From: a virus
Length of the DNA: 64,000 nt
IMG/VR virus record: IMGVR_UViG_3300045988_118310
Coordinates: 1 to 64,000 of that record
Strand: one strand, 5' to 3'
The notes under the pieces are model-generated. The model ran no database searches, was not told the origin of the DNA, and saw only the letters and a list, made by a program, of their open reading frames with translations. A program made the translations under genes and the position numbers. Below, in pieces: positions 1 through 9,265 of the stretch. Each line of letters opens with the position of its first letter. The stretch's first letter is position 1.

Positions 1-202
1 AAACCAGACGGGCTCTTTTGCACACGAAGCGGAATATCGCCTGTGCGGTGTCGGCCGGCAGCTGTGAAGGAGAACAGCCGGAGGAGGATGGCGGACACCC
101 GATATTCCAAAAAACAAGAAGAAAAAGATTTCATGATCCAGAAGGGTCTTGCCCTTTCTGTAACCATATTGTAACTCTTTTGAAAGACTTTTGCAATAGC
201 TT

Positions 203-224
203 TTTGTAATTTCTTTGTAATTTC
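203..224. repeat. tandem direct repeat tttgtaatttc x2 in the non-coding region downstream (3') of the integrase gene
   Basis: exact 11-nt unit repeated back to back; such repeats adjacent to an integrase gene are typical of integrase arm-type binding sites / att region. Confidence 0.4.
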
Positions 225-377
225 TTCAAAAATTTTTTCTTTGGCTCGGCAAGCGTGGTATAAGTTTGTAAAACTTTATGCCAGACGATATATCGTAGAT
301 TTTCTACTCTGGAATTATTTACCAGTTTTTCTGCACTTCATATATCATTATACAGTATCATGCTAGTTCCGAAAAAT

Positions 378-401
378 TGGTGTAGTGATTGGTGTAGTGA
401 A
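378..401. repeat. tandem direct repeat ttggtgtagtga x2 adjacent to integrase
   Basis: exact 12-nt unit repeated twice, ~55 nt from the integrase stop. Confidence 0.4.
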
Positions 402-454
402 AAATGGAATATATTGGAATTGCTTGACAACTTATTTAAGTGAAGTGGCTCAAT

Positions 455-1612
455 TTACTGAACCATTTTGTTGAACTCATTGGCTACATATTGTTCGTCG
501 ATGTGGCTATAGACATCGAGCGTCACATTGACTTTGCTATGACCCATCATATACTGCACTGCCTTAATATTCATTCCAGATTCAATCATTCTCGTACAAA
601 ATGTATGGCGAAAAGTATGAGGCGTGATAGAAGAAGGCAACGGATCTTGTGGATGGGTTTTGTTGTACTCTCTTATTATTCTTTTTATACTCAGGGCAAT
701 ATCAGGGGCGATTCTTGGATTATGTCGCGAAGTCACTTGAAAGAATCCGCTGTATCCATCTATGACAGGTTCTGTTGTCAGCGGTGGTCGCATTTTTATT
801 AAATGCTCAAACGCGGCTTTTGCTTTAGCTGACAATGGAACGATTCGAGTTCCTTTTTTGGTCTTTGGTGACTGAATAAATCTTTTTCCTTTTAAGTACA
901 CCAGCTGATGAGTAACACTAATTGTGTTGTTTCTAAAGTCAACATCATTTAAAGTTAATCCACAAAATTCACTTACACGAAGACCAGTTTCATATAAAAT
1001 GATAAGTTCATCAACGTATTGATAAAAATGTTTATAAGACTTACAAAACTCAATCAGATTATTGTACTGGTCCTCTGACAATATAGTCTTTGATTTTTCT
1101 TCTTTTGGAATAATTTTAGCTAATGTAAAGCCAAATGGGTTTCTTGCTATCAATCTATCATCGCATGCAAGTTCAAACGCTGGTCTTAAAAACCCCTTGA
1201 AATTACTTAGCGTTCCATAACAATACCCGCTTTCATATAATCCTTTCATAAATAACTTAGCGTCACTTGTAGTAACAGACGCGATAGATTTATTAGAAAA
1301 CGGTTCGTCTTCAAGCATGGATATAAAAGTATCTATATTTTTTGTCGAAGTTGTTTTCAGTGATAATTTATGAACGTCCGAATACCTTTTTGCAAGTTCC
1401 ATGACAGTTATAGATGTGGCAGCTAAGTCAATATTTCTTTTGTTGAGTTCTGCAATATTCTCTTTTTTGTCTCTTAGTTCTTTTAGACTACCAGCGTATA
1501 CTGTGTGTCTCTTCCCTGCTCGATCTGTCCATCGATATTGATACAGCCCATCCTTTCGCTGACTCTCACCTTCTTTTAGAACTTTTCCTTTGTTATCTTT
1601 TCTTCTTTCCAT
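455..1612 (-). CDS. int: tyrosine recombinase / phage integrase
   Basis: C-terminal catalytic region HTFRHTF...GH....VYSH (R-H-R-Y pattern); N-terminal SAM-like arm-binding region; at the end of the gene array next to repeats. Confidence 0.85.
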   Translation of the reverse strand: MERRKDNKGKVLKEGESQRKDGLYQYRWTDRAGKRHTVYAGSLKELRDKKENIAELNKRNIDLAATSITVMELAKRYSDVHKLSLKTTSTKNIDTFISMLEDEPFSNKSIASVTTSDAKLFMKGLYESGYCYGTLSNFKGFLRPAFELACDDRLIARNPFGFTLAKIIPKEEKSKTILSEDQYNNLIEFCKSYKHFYQYVDELIILYETGLRVSEFCGLTLNDVDFRNNTISVTHQLVYLKGKRFIQSPKTKKGTRIVPLSAKAKAAFEHLIKMRPPLTTEPVIDGYSGFFQVTSRHNPRIAPDIALSIKRIIREYNKTHPQDPLPSSITPHTFRHTFCTRMIESGMNIKAVQYMMGHSKVNVTLDVYSHIDEQYVANEFNKMVQ

Positions 1613-1682
1613 AATAAGCTCCTTACATTATATAAAGAGCTCCAATGTGACATTTCGATTATATCACACTGAAGCCGAAGTT

Positions 1683-1877
1683 TCAAACGGAATATGCCTG
1701 TTCTATGTATTTTTCAAAGGCTTTTCGCTTTATCAGCTGTTTTCTGCCCACAAATATTACAAACGGACAGTTTTTCTCTTGAAGGAGCTCTCGTATCTTG
1801 CATTGACCGATATTAGAATACGCCGCTGCTTCTTCGATTGTCAGGGTCGTCTTTTCCCAAATTGGGACTTCCTTCAT
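1683..1877 (-). CDS. xis: excisionase-like HTH DNA-binding protein
   Basis: 64 aa with a helix-turn-helix (LTIEEAAAYSNIGQCKIREL) immediately upstream of int; 4-nt overlap with the next gene. Confidence 0.55.
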   Translation of the reverse strand: MKEVPIWEKTTLTIEEAAAYSNIGQCKIRELLQEKNCPFVIFVGRKQLIKRKAFEKYIEQAYSV

Positions 1878-2701
1878 TCAATCACCTCTTCCATCTTCTC
1901 TTCCCCATACCTCGCCACACACACATTATATAAGAGCATGGCACGTGTCATAAGGCCAACTCCGCCGATACGAGGGGTCACTTTGATATCTTCCATCTCA
2001 TAAATATCATCGGCACAGTCGCCGTGTTGCTTTCCGTTCTCGTCATAGTTGATGCCAACATCGATGCAGACTTCAACCCGATCAAGACCAAACGGTGTGA
2101 TAAAATTGCGCTTACCCACAGCAGAGATAATCACATCGACCATTTCAAATCCAAGAGCAGTGGCCTTCATAGCGGAACCCGTGCTGTTCACAGAAATCAC
2201 ATTACAGTGCCGCTTAATCAGCATATCAACCAGCGGACGACCAACAATGTCAGATTGACCGCATACGAGTACATTCTTGCCATCCAGATCGTAACCGATG
2301 GAGTCAAAAATCTTCATAACGCCCAGTGGAGTGCAGGGCTGAAATTTAGATGTAGAATTAAAGCCATCAACGTCAAGTTCATCTGGAATACAAATATTTT
2401 TAGGGTCGATATGTTTTGGCAACGGAAGCTGAACAATGATACCGTCCACATATTCCCAATTATAATCTTCTAAGATCTTGTTGTTCAATTCATCTTCGGT
2501 AATATTTTCTGGCAGCTTGATAAGCTCCGCTTCGATTCCAACCTCTTCACAGTCACGCAGCTTGCCACGAATATAAGCGTTGGATGCCGGATTATCCCCT
2601 ACTTGATAAATATGTAAAATAGGAGCATAGTCATCTTCTGCGATGATATTCTTGATTTTATTTTTGATATCTTGTGCGATAGATTTGCAGTCAATAATCA
2701 T
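1874..2701 (-). CDS. folD: bifunctional methylene-THF dehydrogenase/cyclohydrolase
   Basis: 275 aa; FolD signatures: PCTP, VGRP and C-terminal GGVGLMT (FolD GGVGPMT). Confidence 0.8.
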   Translation of the reverse strand: MIIDCKSIAQDIKNKIKNIIAEDDYAPILHIYQVGDNPASNAYIRGKLRDCEEVGIEAELIKLPENITEDELNNKILEDYNWEYVDGIIVQLPLPKHIDPKNICIPDELDVDGFNSTSKFQPCTPLGVMKIFDSIGYDLDGKNVLVCGQSDIVGRPLVDMLIKRHCNVISVNSTGSAMKATALGFEMVDVIISAVGKRNFITPFGLDRVEVCIDVGINYDENGKQHGDCADDIYEMEDIKVTPRIGGVGLMTRAMLLYNVCVARYGEEKMEEVIE

Positions 2702-2739
2702 TGTAACCCTCCTTTATAAGAATCCAAGTTCTTATGAAA

Positions 2740-3213
2740 TTACGAGTATCTGTAGCAATTCCAAACTTCGTCAGACTTATTGTAAATATTGTCTGGGTGC
2801 ATCCCAATTTTTAAGGCCAATTGATTTGATGCCACATTATCTTTTCGAGTTATCCACAACAATGGTTTATTATCAAAATCGGATCTATGAGCTGTATACC
2901 ATTTAATTGCCGATTGTGCAAGATTCAAAGCGTATCCATGTCCTCGATAGTTTTTATCGTTTCTTGTTGCAACCGCTACATCTATATATGAACATTCTTC
3001 AAACAGGTCAAAAAACGCGACAGGAGTATCGTTACTAATTTTCAAGAATCTTTTTATAACATGTTCTCCTGCTGGAATTGTTAGATATTCGTCATTGTAA
3101 ACACCAAGCATCCGCTGTTCCTCTGAAGATAGTGTTTTAACGATGTCATCTACAAGTGGTTTTGTTTTTGCTGTAGCTTTTGCTCTTTGTATATAAATAT
3201 TATTTTCGCACAT
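2740..3213 (-). CDS. GNAT-family N-acetyltransferase
   Basis: RGHGYALNL ... ASNQLALKIG acetyl-CoA-binding pattern (R/Q-x-x-G-x-G/A). Confidence 0.5.
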   Translation of the reverse strand: MCENNIYIQRAKATAKTKPLVDDIVKTLSSEEQRMLGVYNDEYLTIPAGEHVIKRFLKISNDTPVAFFDLFEECSYIDVAVATRNDKNYRGHGYALNLAQSAIKWYTAHRSDFDNKPLLWITRKDNVASNQLALKIGMHPDNIYNKSDEVWNCYRYS

Positions 3214-3230
3214 TATAAAACCCTAATTCT

Positions 3231-3455
3231 TCAACCATTACGCTTCACTCCTTCACAATAGAATTTATGGAGCATCTTTTCGTATTCGCATCGGCACTGC
3301 GGGCATAAATCTGAAATCGCACCTTTATCTTTTAAGCTCCATCTTTTAGAGTCGGAAATACAGCAGCCCACGATACAGTCTGGGAAACGTGCCTTTCTAA
3401 CAAGTGCTTCTTCCCCACAACGGTCACAATAAATTTTTACATATTCTTCAGTCAT
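3231..3455 (-). CDS. small cysteine-rich zinc-ribbon protein
   Basis: CxxC...CxxC pairs (CDRCGEE, CPQCRC); start ATG overlaps upstream TGA (ATGA) so the internal Met is used rather than the longer ORF. Confidence 0.4.
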   Translation of the reverse strand: MTEEYVKIYCDRCGEEALVRKARFPDCIVGCCISDSKRWSLKDKGAISDLCPQCRCEYEKMLHKFYCEGVKRNG

Positions 3456-3886
3456 AACAAGTACCTCAATCCGCTCAGATATTTTTCCTTCAACCGTGGC
3501 GTCAGTGTATCCACCTGTGACAGATGATCTTTCATGTCGGCCAGCTTGACAAACCAAGCACATTTGCCCCAATCAGGTTTTGCAGATAGTTTGATAATGT
3601 CGCAATACTCATCGTAACCCATTCCTTTTGGCTTTGTAAGTTTCAAAAGTGCTTTGTGAAAATTCGGAGGTAGATCGCCGGGAGCAGGATCATACTCAGT
3701 ATCTTCAATCAAATCGTGCATAAACGCTAGACATTGACAATCATTTCTTAACCGATCCGGGATTGCCTCGTTCATGACAACATAATAGAATACTCGTCTT
3801 GCATGCTCTAAGGTTTTCTTGTCATAATATTTTTCTGCAAGTGTAATCGCATCGTCAAGGAACATATAATTTTTATCAAACGCCAT
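3452..3886 (-). CDS. HD-domain phosphohydrolase
   Basis: H...HD motif (AFMHDLIEDT). Confidence 0.55.
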   Translation of the reverse strand: MAFDKNYMFLDDAITLAEKYYDKKTLEHARRVFYYVVMNEAIPDRLRNDCQCLAFMHDLIEDTEYDPAPGDLPPNFHKALLKLTKPKGMGYDEYCDIIKLSAKPDWGKCAWFVKLADMKDHLSQVDTLTPRLKEKYLSGLRYLL

Positions 3887-3928
3887 AATATTTTTTTGTG
3901 TCCCTCCCCACCCACCACTACCGAATGT

Positions 3929-4228
3929 TTACGTTACTTTTTCAAAGGTAAAAACTGTGTGTTTGGTCGTGATTTCTACGAAACTTTCATCGGTTGCAAT
4001 ATCAACGGCAACTACTGGAGAAGTATGCATTCCACCGCCATACGGGTTTCCTTTGTTATCTTTTACATATCGAAACTGAGCAATCCAACCAAGTTCAAGT
4101 GGCCGAAACTGCATCGTCATACCAACCCACTCAGGGTACCATCCATCAGTGCGTGGCACGCCAGTATTAACGTGAACTGCGCTCTTCATAATATAATTGC
4201 CTTTCGGCATTTGGATCAAATCGTTCAT
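3929..4228 (-). CDS. hypothetical protein
   Basis: same-strand packed ORF; internal Met chosen to avoid 130-nt overlap with upstream gene. Confidence 0.35.
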   Translation of the reverse strand: MNDLIQMPKGNYIMKSAVHVNTGVPRTDGWYPEWVGMTMQFRPLELGWIAQFRYVKDNKGNPYGGGMHTSPVVAVDIATDESFVEITTKHTVFTFEKVT

Positions 4229-4232
4229 TGAT

Positions 4233-4661
4233 TTACTCCTTATCTGGTTTCCACGGCCATCCGTCATCGGGTCGTCTTTCTGATTCGTCTTTAACATACC
4301 AGCTATTGTCTCCAGTATAAATTTCCACAGAAACACAATATTCAGCTCTGATATATCTTTCATTAAAGTTCATATATTTAGGATTGCCGTTAAACGCAGC
4401 TTTGATCATATTGTTTGCGCGATCGATAGCATTGTAAATGTCTTCGTCAAGCTTCTCTTTCGCATCCCAAGCTGTCTTCGCATCCAAATAACTAAACAGA
4501 GATCGTTGATAAGTATCGCTAAACTTATCGCCGTTTTCCATGATGTAATACACAGTAACAGACCTCGATGTATATGGGAGTTTAAGGTCTTTTGCTTTTA
4601 CAACAACAGGTTCTTCTTCGACTTCAACCAGCTGATTTTCCTCTGATTTATTCCAGAACAT
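4233..4661 (-). CDS. hypothetical protein
   Basis: 142-aa ORF in the gene run. Confidence 0.4.
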   Translation of the reverse strand: MFWNKSEENQLVEVEEEPVVVKAKDLKLPYTSRSVTVYYIMENGDKFSDTYQRSLFSYLDAKTAWDAKEKLDEDIYNAIDRANNMIKAAFNGNPKYMNFNERYIRAEYCVSVEIYTGDNSWYVKDESERRPDDGWPWKPDKE

Positions 4662-4959
4662 TTTGCATCACCCGCTCCTTTTCATTCCAGTGTTTGATAC
4701 CGTATTTGTCACGAACACAATTTAATCTTGCAAGGACTTCTTTATATTGCGGATTGTTTGGTTCTGTCTCGAATATAGCTGTCTCTGCTTTCCCAAGTTC
4801 TTCGTTGTATCTATAACCACCATTTCTTAGCTTCTCCCCAATGACAATCAATTCGTCATCACTTTGTACTGATTCGTCATAGATACCATTTTCATCGTAA
4901 TATTTGACACGTCTTTCTCTAAGAGGGTCCACAATTGTATAACCAAAAGCGAATCTCAT
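4648..4959 (-). CDS. hypothetical protein
   Basis: ORF downstream of dut; internal Met start (long form overlaps dut). Confidence 0.35.
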   Translation of the reverse strand: MRFAFGYTIVDPLRERRVKYYDENGIYDESVQSDDELIVIGEKLRNGGYRYNEELGKAETAIFETEPNNPQYKEVLARLNCVRDKYGIKHWNEKERVMQNVLE

Positions 4960-4978
4960 AAAACAGCCCTCCAAAATT

Positions 4979-5455
4979 TTACTTTCCAGTAGAACCAAAG
5001 CCTCCACACCCACGCTCGGTTTCATCCAGTTCATCGACCATATCAAACTGCGCTTGATAATACGGAACGAACATAAACTGTGCGATACGGTCACCATGTA
5101 CAATTTCCTGGGACGTATCAGAGTGATTGTGGAGCGGAACAAATGCTTGGCCGCGATAGTCTTCATCGATAACACAAGCTTTGTTTGCAGGAGCCAGACC
5201 TTTCTTAGTAGCCAAACCACTGCGGGCAAATCCGAGGATAGCCCAGCCTTCAGGAGGAGCAAAACGCAGACCAGTACCAATCATACGAGTGGAGTGAGGC
5301 GGAAGATAGATAATAGGGTTCCCCTGACTGTCGAACAGGTCGGCCTGATCCGCCGGGATATACGCATAAACATCAGCACAAGCGGCCTTCTCAGTGCCAT
5401 AAGTCGGAATGTGTGCATCAGGATAAATCTTGTTTACTTTTACGATAGGATTCAT
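4979..5455 (-). CDS. dut: dUTP diphosphatase
   Basis: dUTPase motifs RSG, IDEDYRG, GDRIAQ, RGCGGFGSTG. Confidence 0.85.
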   Translation of the reverse strand: MNPIVKVNKIYPDAHIPTYGTEKAACADVYAYIPADQADLFDSQGNPIIYLPPHSTRMIGTGLRFAPPEGWAILGFARSGLATKKGLAPANKACVIDEDYRGQAFVPLHNHSDTSQEIVHGDRIAQFMFVPYYQAQFDMVDELDETERGCGGFGSTGK

Positions 5456-5456
5456 A

Positions 5457-5954
5457 TTAGTTCTCCTTCCACAATACAATTTCATTCTTTTTCATACTCT
5501 GTTTGACATCGATCACTCTTTGATTGCGGCTGCCAGCCCACGGCAATGAAATATCGCGCTGGGCTTCGATATATGGACCATCCACCAGAACGTCCACATA
5601 CTTCAGGTGATTCCAATCTTTGATATCGTCCCACTCGTAGCCAGTCCACATCCAGATATCTTTGGCGTCGCCAAATTCTTTGCGGACACGCGCACAGATA
5701 TAACCGACGATGAGGCGATTCTGAACAAATAATGGGTCTCCCCCGCTGAATGTCAAACCGCGAATGTAATTTGGACGAAGCAGATCTAGCAGTTCTTGCA
5801 TTGTATCTTCGACAAATGGAATACCAGCGGCCGCGTTCCATGTAGTAGGATTCTGACAGCCGGGACAATGATGATCACAACCCTGCACGAAAAGTGTGAC
5901 GCGCACCCCTTCGCCATTTGCTATATCACAGGGAACAATTTTAGCGTAGTTCAT
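5457..5954 (-). CDS. nrdG: anaerobic ribonucleotide reductase activating protein (radical SAM)
   Basis: CDHHCPGC cluster near N-terminus; located with nrdD. Confidence 0.75.
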   Translation of the reverse strand: MNYAKIVPCDIANGEGVRVTLFVQGCDHHCPGCQNPTTWNAAAGIPFVEDTMQELLDLLRPNYIRGLTFSGGDPLFVQNRLIVGYICARVRKEFGDAKDIWMWTGYEWDDIKDWNHLKYVDVLVDGPYIEAQRDISLPWAGSRNQRVIDVKQSMKKNEIVLWKEN

Positions 5955-6334
5955 TTAATGCCCTCCATTTTTGCCCCACAATAGGGACAATACTTAAAAG
6001 GCTTGTATTTCTCAGAGCCGATACAAGGTGTCTCGCGCGGATAGAAAAAATCTTCGTAAAACTGTTCGTTGCAATTAGAACAATGATATACAGAGTCTTC
6101 TTCGTCATCGCACGGCCAGTGATCCCAGTGTGCAATAGCACGAACTGTATTAGATTCTGCTTTCGGAAGCCCTAATAGGTCTTCGCGTTCTTCTGCTAGG
6201 AAATCGGAATAGTCATCTCGTTCGTCATAAAAGCGCATGTGCTTCAAGCCACTGTCAATTTCGTCTAGTAAAGGAGTGATATCCGCCCATTGAGCGTTTT
6301 CAGGAATATATTTCGCCATCTTGAACCACCTCAA
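5951..6334 (-). CDS. hypothetical protein with C-terminal zinc ribbon
   Basis: CSNCN...CPYCG. Confidence 0.4.
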   Translation of the reverse strand: MRWFKMAKYIPENAQWADITPLLDEIDSGLKHMRFYDERDDYSDFLAEEREDLLGLPKAESNTVRAIAHWDHWPCDDEEDSVYHCSNCNEQFYEDFFYPRETPCIGSEKYKPFKYCPYCGAKMEGIK

Positions 6335-6519
6335 TGCTTAAACGTCTGTAATGCTGCAAACACGACAATGGCAACGTTCACAACTCCACAAAAGAACTTC
6401 TGTGTTCTTTCGTCATCAAAACTTGCCTTGGACACTTCAACGATAAGCTGCTCACATCGGATGCAACAGCCCATCATAATTAGAGTTGCTAAGACAGCAA
6501 TCGTAAAATCAATCCACAT
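6331..6519 (-). CDS. small hydrophobic (membrane) protein
   Basis: 62 aa, mostly hydrophobic. Confidence 0.3.
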   Translation of the reverse strand: MWIDFTIAVLATLIMMGCCIRCEQLIVEVSKASFDDERTQKFFCGVVNVAIVVFAALQTFKH

Positions 6520-6817
6520 CGATTAGCACCTCCTCGATAGGAATAATCTGACCATCAACGTAGTAGCACATCTGACCGTGCTTATTATAATAAGGAGACA
6601 TATAGCCGTAGCCTGTGTAGCCTGCACCTTTTCCGAACAAATAATACATGATGTGTGTATCCTTGTCGTACACCATAGGAGTGTCACCGATACGATAGAA
6701 CCAGTCATTCGCTACAGTTACATTCCCTACTGAGTCTTTCACCCTTGTACTGCATCCAGTCAGTATAATCGCTGCTAGAAGTACGCATACGGCAGTATTT
6801 TTAAAAATTTTAAACAT
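6509..6817 (-). CDS. putative lipoprotein
   Basis: signal peptide plus lipobox LTGC after the MFKIFK start (ATG with GGAAAGG upstream); the longer ORF form would start at TTG. Confidence 0.4.
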   Translation of the reverse strand: MFKIFKNTAVCVLLAAIILTGCSTRVKDSVGNVTVANDWFYRIGDTPMVYDKDTHIMYYLFGKGAGYTGYGYMSPYYNKHGQMCYYVDGQIIPIEEVLIDVD

Positions 6818-6924
6818 ACCTTTCCTTTCTGTTAAAAGCGGAATTCTATTAAAAATCGCCAAAAACTTATTGCGATACCTCGTTGATTAAATTTAACTGA
6901 AATCAGGATTGTTTTCATCCCCTG

Positions 6925-7254
6925 TCACATGCATCGCCAATAATCAGGCTTGTCGATAACATCGCAATTTAAATCGTACCATTGAGTGTTCCAGCCCATA
7001 AAACCAATTTCTGATGGTCCATCATTACCGTATCTGATGTAGACATTATCAGAACAAAGTTTATTATTTACCACTGGTTCTCTATCTTTTACTCGAATCC
7101 ACCGTGGATCATAATCAACTTCCTTATAGGATGAAATCTCGATGCTATGATAACAATTGGAAAGTTCCATACGAACATCATCTTCAATGGACTTAATATT
7201 TTCTTTATCGATATCATCAACCAGAAGTTCAAGGATCACTTTCTTCACGTTCAT
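6925..7254 (-). CDS. hypothetical protein
   Basis: packed minus-strand ORF. Confidence 0.35.
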   Translation of the reverse strand: MNVKKVILELLVDDIDKENIKSIEDDVRMELSNCYHSIEISSYKEVDYDPRWIRVKDREPVVNNKLCSDNVYIRYGNDGPSEIGFMGWNTQWYDLNCDVIDKPDYWRCM

Positions 7255-7567
7255 TCTCCTTTAAATACCGCCATACATCAGGCACTTTTAAATAAGTAAG
7301 CCCCTTGTCTGGCATCCAATTTCCTTTCATTGAATACCACACTCTAACTTCTCGTTCTTTGTATTTTGCCATGACTATGCTACAAGGCTTCGGAAGATTT
7401 ATCGTCGGGACATTCCAATCCGTAAGTTTTACCTCCGGCCAGTCAATTCGAGTTCCACACTGACCGCAGTAGCTATTTCGGTTTCCATCTTCGTTATAAA
7501 GATACTCGCCGCTGCCACAATACTGGCAAGCGATAATGCCTTCCTCTACAAAAGGATTGTTAATCAT
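7229..7567 (-). CDS. hypothetical zinc-ribbon protein
   Basis: CQYCGS...CGQCG; internal start chosen. Confidence 0.35.
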   Translation of the reverse strand: MINNPFVEEGIIACQYCGSGEYLYNEDGNRNSYCGQCGTRIDWPEVKLTDWNVPTINLPKPCSIVMAKYKEREVRVWYSMKGNWMPDKGLTYLKVPDVWRYLKENEREESDP

Positions 7568-7814
7568 GTTCAGCCTCGATTTCTTTCCATCCAATAAAAT
7601 CACAAACACAAAGCTTTTCTGGATCACATCTGTGGAGCAAGAATTTATTTTGTCCAGAAAGCCTAGATCCACCAGATTCTTCTGCCACTTTATATTTGTC
7701 TTCAAATATTTCAGAAAGACTCCATTGTTCAGTAACAGATAGATCTACATCATGTTTAATGACATCGCGACCACATCCACGGCATTTAAAGATTTTCACA
7801 TATTTCTTTTCCAT
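7560..7814 (-). CDS. hypothetical zinc-ribbon protein
   Basis: CRGCGRD...C.C. Confidence 0.35.
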   Translation of the reverse strand: MEKKYVKIFKCRGCGRDVIKHDVDLSVTEQWSLSEIFEDKYKVAEESGGSRLSGQNKFLLHRCDPEKLCVCDFIGWKEIEAEHD

Positions 7815-7839
7815 ACAGTCGCCTCCTAGAACGGCACTT

Positions 7840-8091
7840 TTATCGTGAATGAACTTCCATCCAAAGATTTTTCAACGGAATTCCATTTATCTTTTTTCCT
7901 TCAATATATTTTATTTCATATGGATTATTATTGCATCGATTATATCTTATTGTACTCTCCACTTCATAATAAGTGTTTTCATTTACAATCTCGCAAGACG
8001 CCCAATTGTCGGTTTCGATAATGAGCATTTCCTTGTATGATGGGTTAAATAGATGCTCAATATTAAAGTAACATTTTGACTCAACACTCAT
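7840..8091 (-). CDS. hypothetical protein
   Basis: ORF with ATGA start/stop overlap to the next small gene. Confidence 0.3.
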   Translation of the reverse strand: MSVESKCYFNIEHLFNPSYKEMLIIETDNWASCEIVNENTYYEVESTIRYNRCNNNPYEIKYIEGKKINGIPLKNLWMEVHSR

Positions 8092-8240
8092 AAATTACCC
8101 CACTTTTCACGACCGCAGGTATCACAGACAAAGTGCCATTTATCGTGCAAGCTGTGGTTATCATCATAAAGCATTATTCCACCACATCTACTGCATTCTG
8201 GAAGGAACCAACGGAGTAGACGTTTCAAGAACTTAATCAT
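8088..8240 (-). CDS. small zinc-ribbon protein (50 aa, not in ORF track)
   Basis: ATG 3 nt after upstream TAA with AGGAG RBS; CSRCGG...CDTCG; stop overlaps next ATG. Confidence 0.3.
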   Translation of the reverse strand: MIKFLKRLLRWFLPECSRCGGIMLYDDNHSLHDKWHFVCDTCGREKWGNL

Positions 8241-8242
8241 CT

Positions 8243-8605
8243 TTACTCCTTCTTCTCAATAATATCAGCCCTTTCCATAGTCTCGAAGAAATCTTCCATA
8301 ATGGCATCAGCCATCTTACCAGGAATTTCAGGAAGATCTAGTCCAAAATCTCTAAAAGCACAGTGTAGGCAGCCCCATGGAGTTAAGGCGAATTTTTTAT
8401 AAAAATCATCATCAGGATTGTTTTCTTTCGAATCCAACATATTCGTCTCGTACTCAAACTGTTTCACTTCATTCTTGGTGAGCCATTTCTGCCACTTACC
8501 ACAAGCAGAGCAATACAGACCAATCTGGCTACCTTTACTCTGGATAAAGAAGGATTCACTGCCACACTTACATTTGAAGTCCATCTCAGCCACCTGCCTT
8601 TTCAA
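8243..8605 (-). CDS. hypothetical zinc-finger protein
   Basis: CKCGS...CSACGKW. Confidence 0.4.
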   Translation of the reverse strand: MKRQVAEMDFKCKCGSESFFIQSKGSQIGLYCSACGKWQKWLTKNEVKQFEYETNMLDSKENNPDDDFYKKFALTPWGCLHCAFRDFGLDLPEIPGKMADAIMEDFFETMERADIIEKKE

Positions 8606-8831
8606 TGCTCTGAATCATACAGCTCATGTTAGGATGAGCCTTTTCAAAGCGATAATGCGCCTTGTTTATAGCATCATTCTGATCCTGCGCCTTTACCATA
8701 TATGTATTGAATGCCTGATTCCCATCATCGTAGTACATTACTTCAACAGACCAATAATCCATAAGACTCCTTTCTTTATCGACCGTTATAAAAATCAAAC
8801 TCAACATCAGAAATAATATCTTCCATTTCAT
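8586..8831 (-). CDS. small secreted/membrane-anchored protein
   Basis: N-terminal hydrophobic signal-like segment. Confidence 0.35.
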   Translation of the reverse strand: MKWKILFLMLSLIFITVDKERSLMDYWSVEVMYYDDGNQAFNTYMVKAQDQNDAINKAHYRFEKAHPNMSCMIQSIEKAGG

Positions 8832-8942
8832 TTTGACTAATATTGTTCGCTTGTTGTATGACTCGAATAATTTCGAGAATCAACTGACGTATACGTTCCA
8901 CATCCATGTTTTCATGCCACCACACCCACCCTGCTTGTTTAT

Positions 8943-9161
8943 TTACTTACCTCGGCTACCCTTAATGAATCGTTCCAGAAAAACTAGAGCCAGCCAGATG
9001 CCTGTCGCCACTTTAACGGTAAAAGTGATATTCAGCAGCTTAAAAATCAGCCAAATAATACCAATCGTGATAATCCACGAGGTAAAATATGTAGCTGCCA
9101 GAATCAGAACGATTCCCAGAAAAAAACCAAGTGCCTTAAAGAAATTTTTCCATGCGTTCAA
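8943..9161 (-). CDS. small two-TM membrane protein
   Basis: 72 aa with two hydrophobic helices. Confidence 0.35.
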   Translation of the reverse strand: MNAWKNFFKALGFFLGIVLILAATYFTSWIITIGIIWLIFKLLNITFTVKVATGIWLALVFLERFIKGSRGK

Positions 9162-9265
9162 TTTATCACCTCTATTTCTAACGATAACACGTTATATTTT
9201 ATTAACACATTTACGCTAAAATTTTCATTTTATATAACCCCACCAACCCACCGCTTATACATTAT

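Noticed and set aside
18-209. 63-aa plus-strand ORF at the window start
   Set aside because: Spans the GC-rich to AT-rich transition, no RBS; more likely non-coding junction sequence.
4648-5280. Long forms of ORFs 4648..5280, 3231..3572, 3929..4363, 13128..13679
   Set aside because: N-terminal extensions overlap the upstream genes by 100-320 nt in another frame and look like hydrophobic junk; internal Met starts adjoining the upstream stop were used instead.
5482-5868. 128-aa ORF overlapping nrdG
   Set aside because: Alternative frame of nrdG; Arg/Cys-rich nonsense-like translation.
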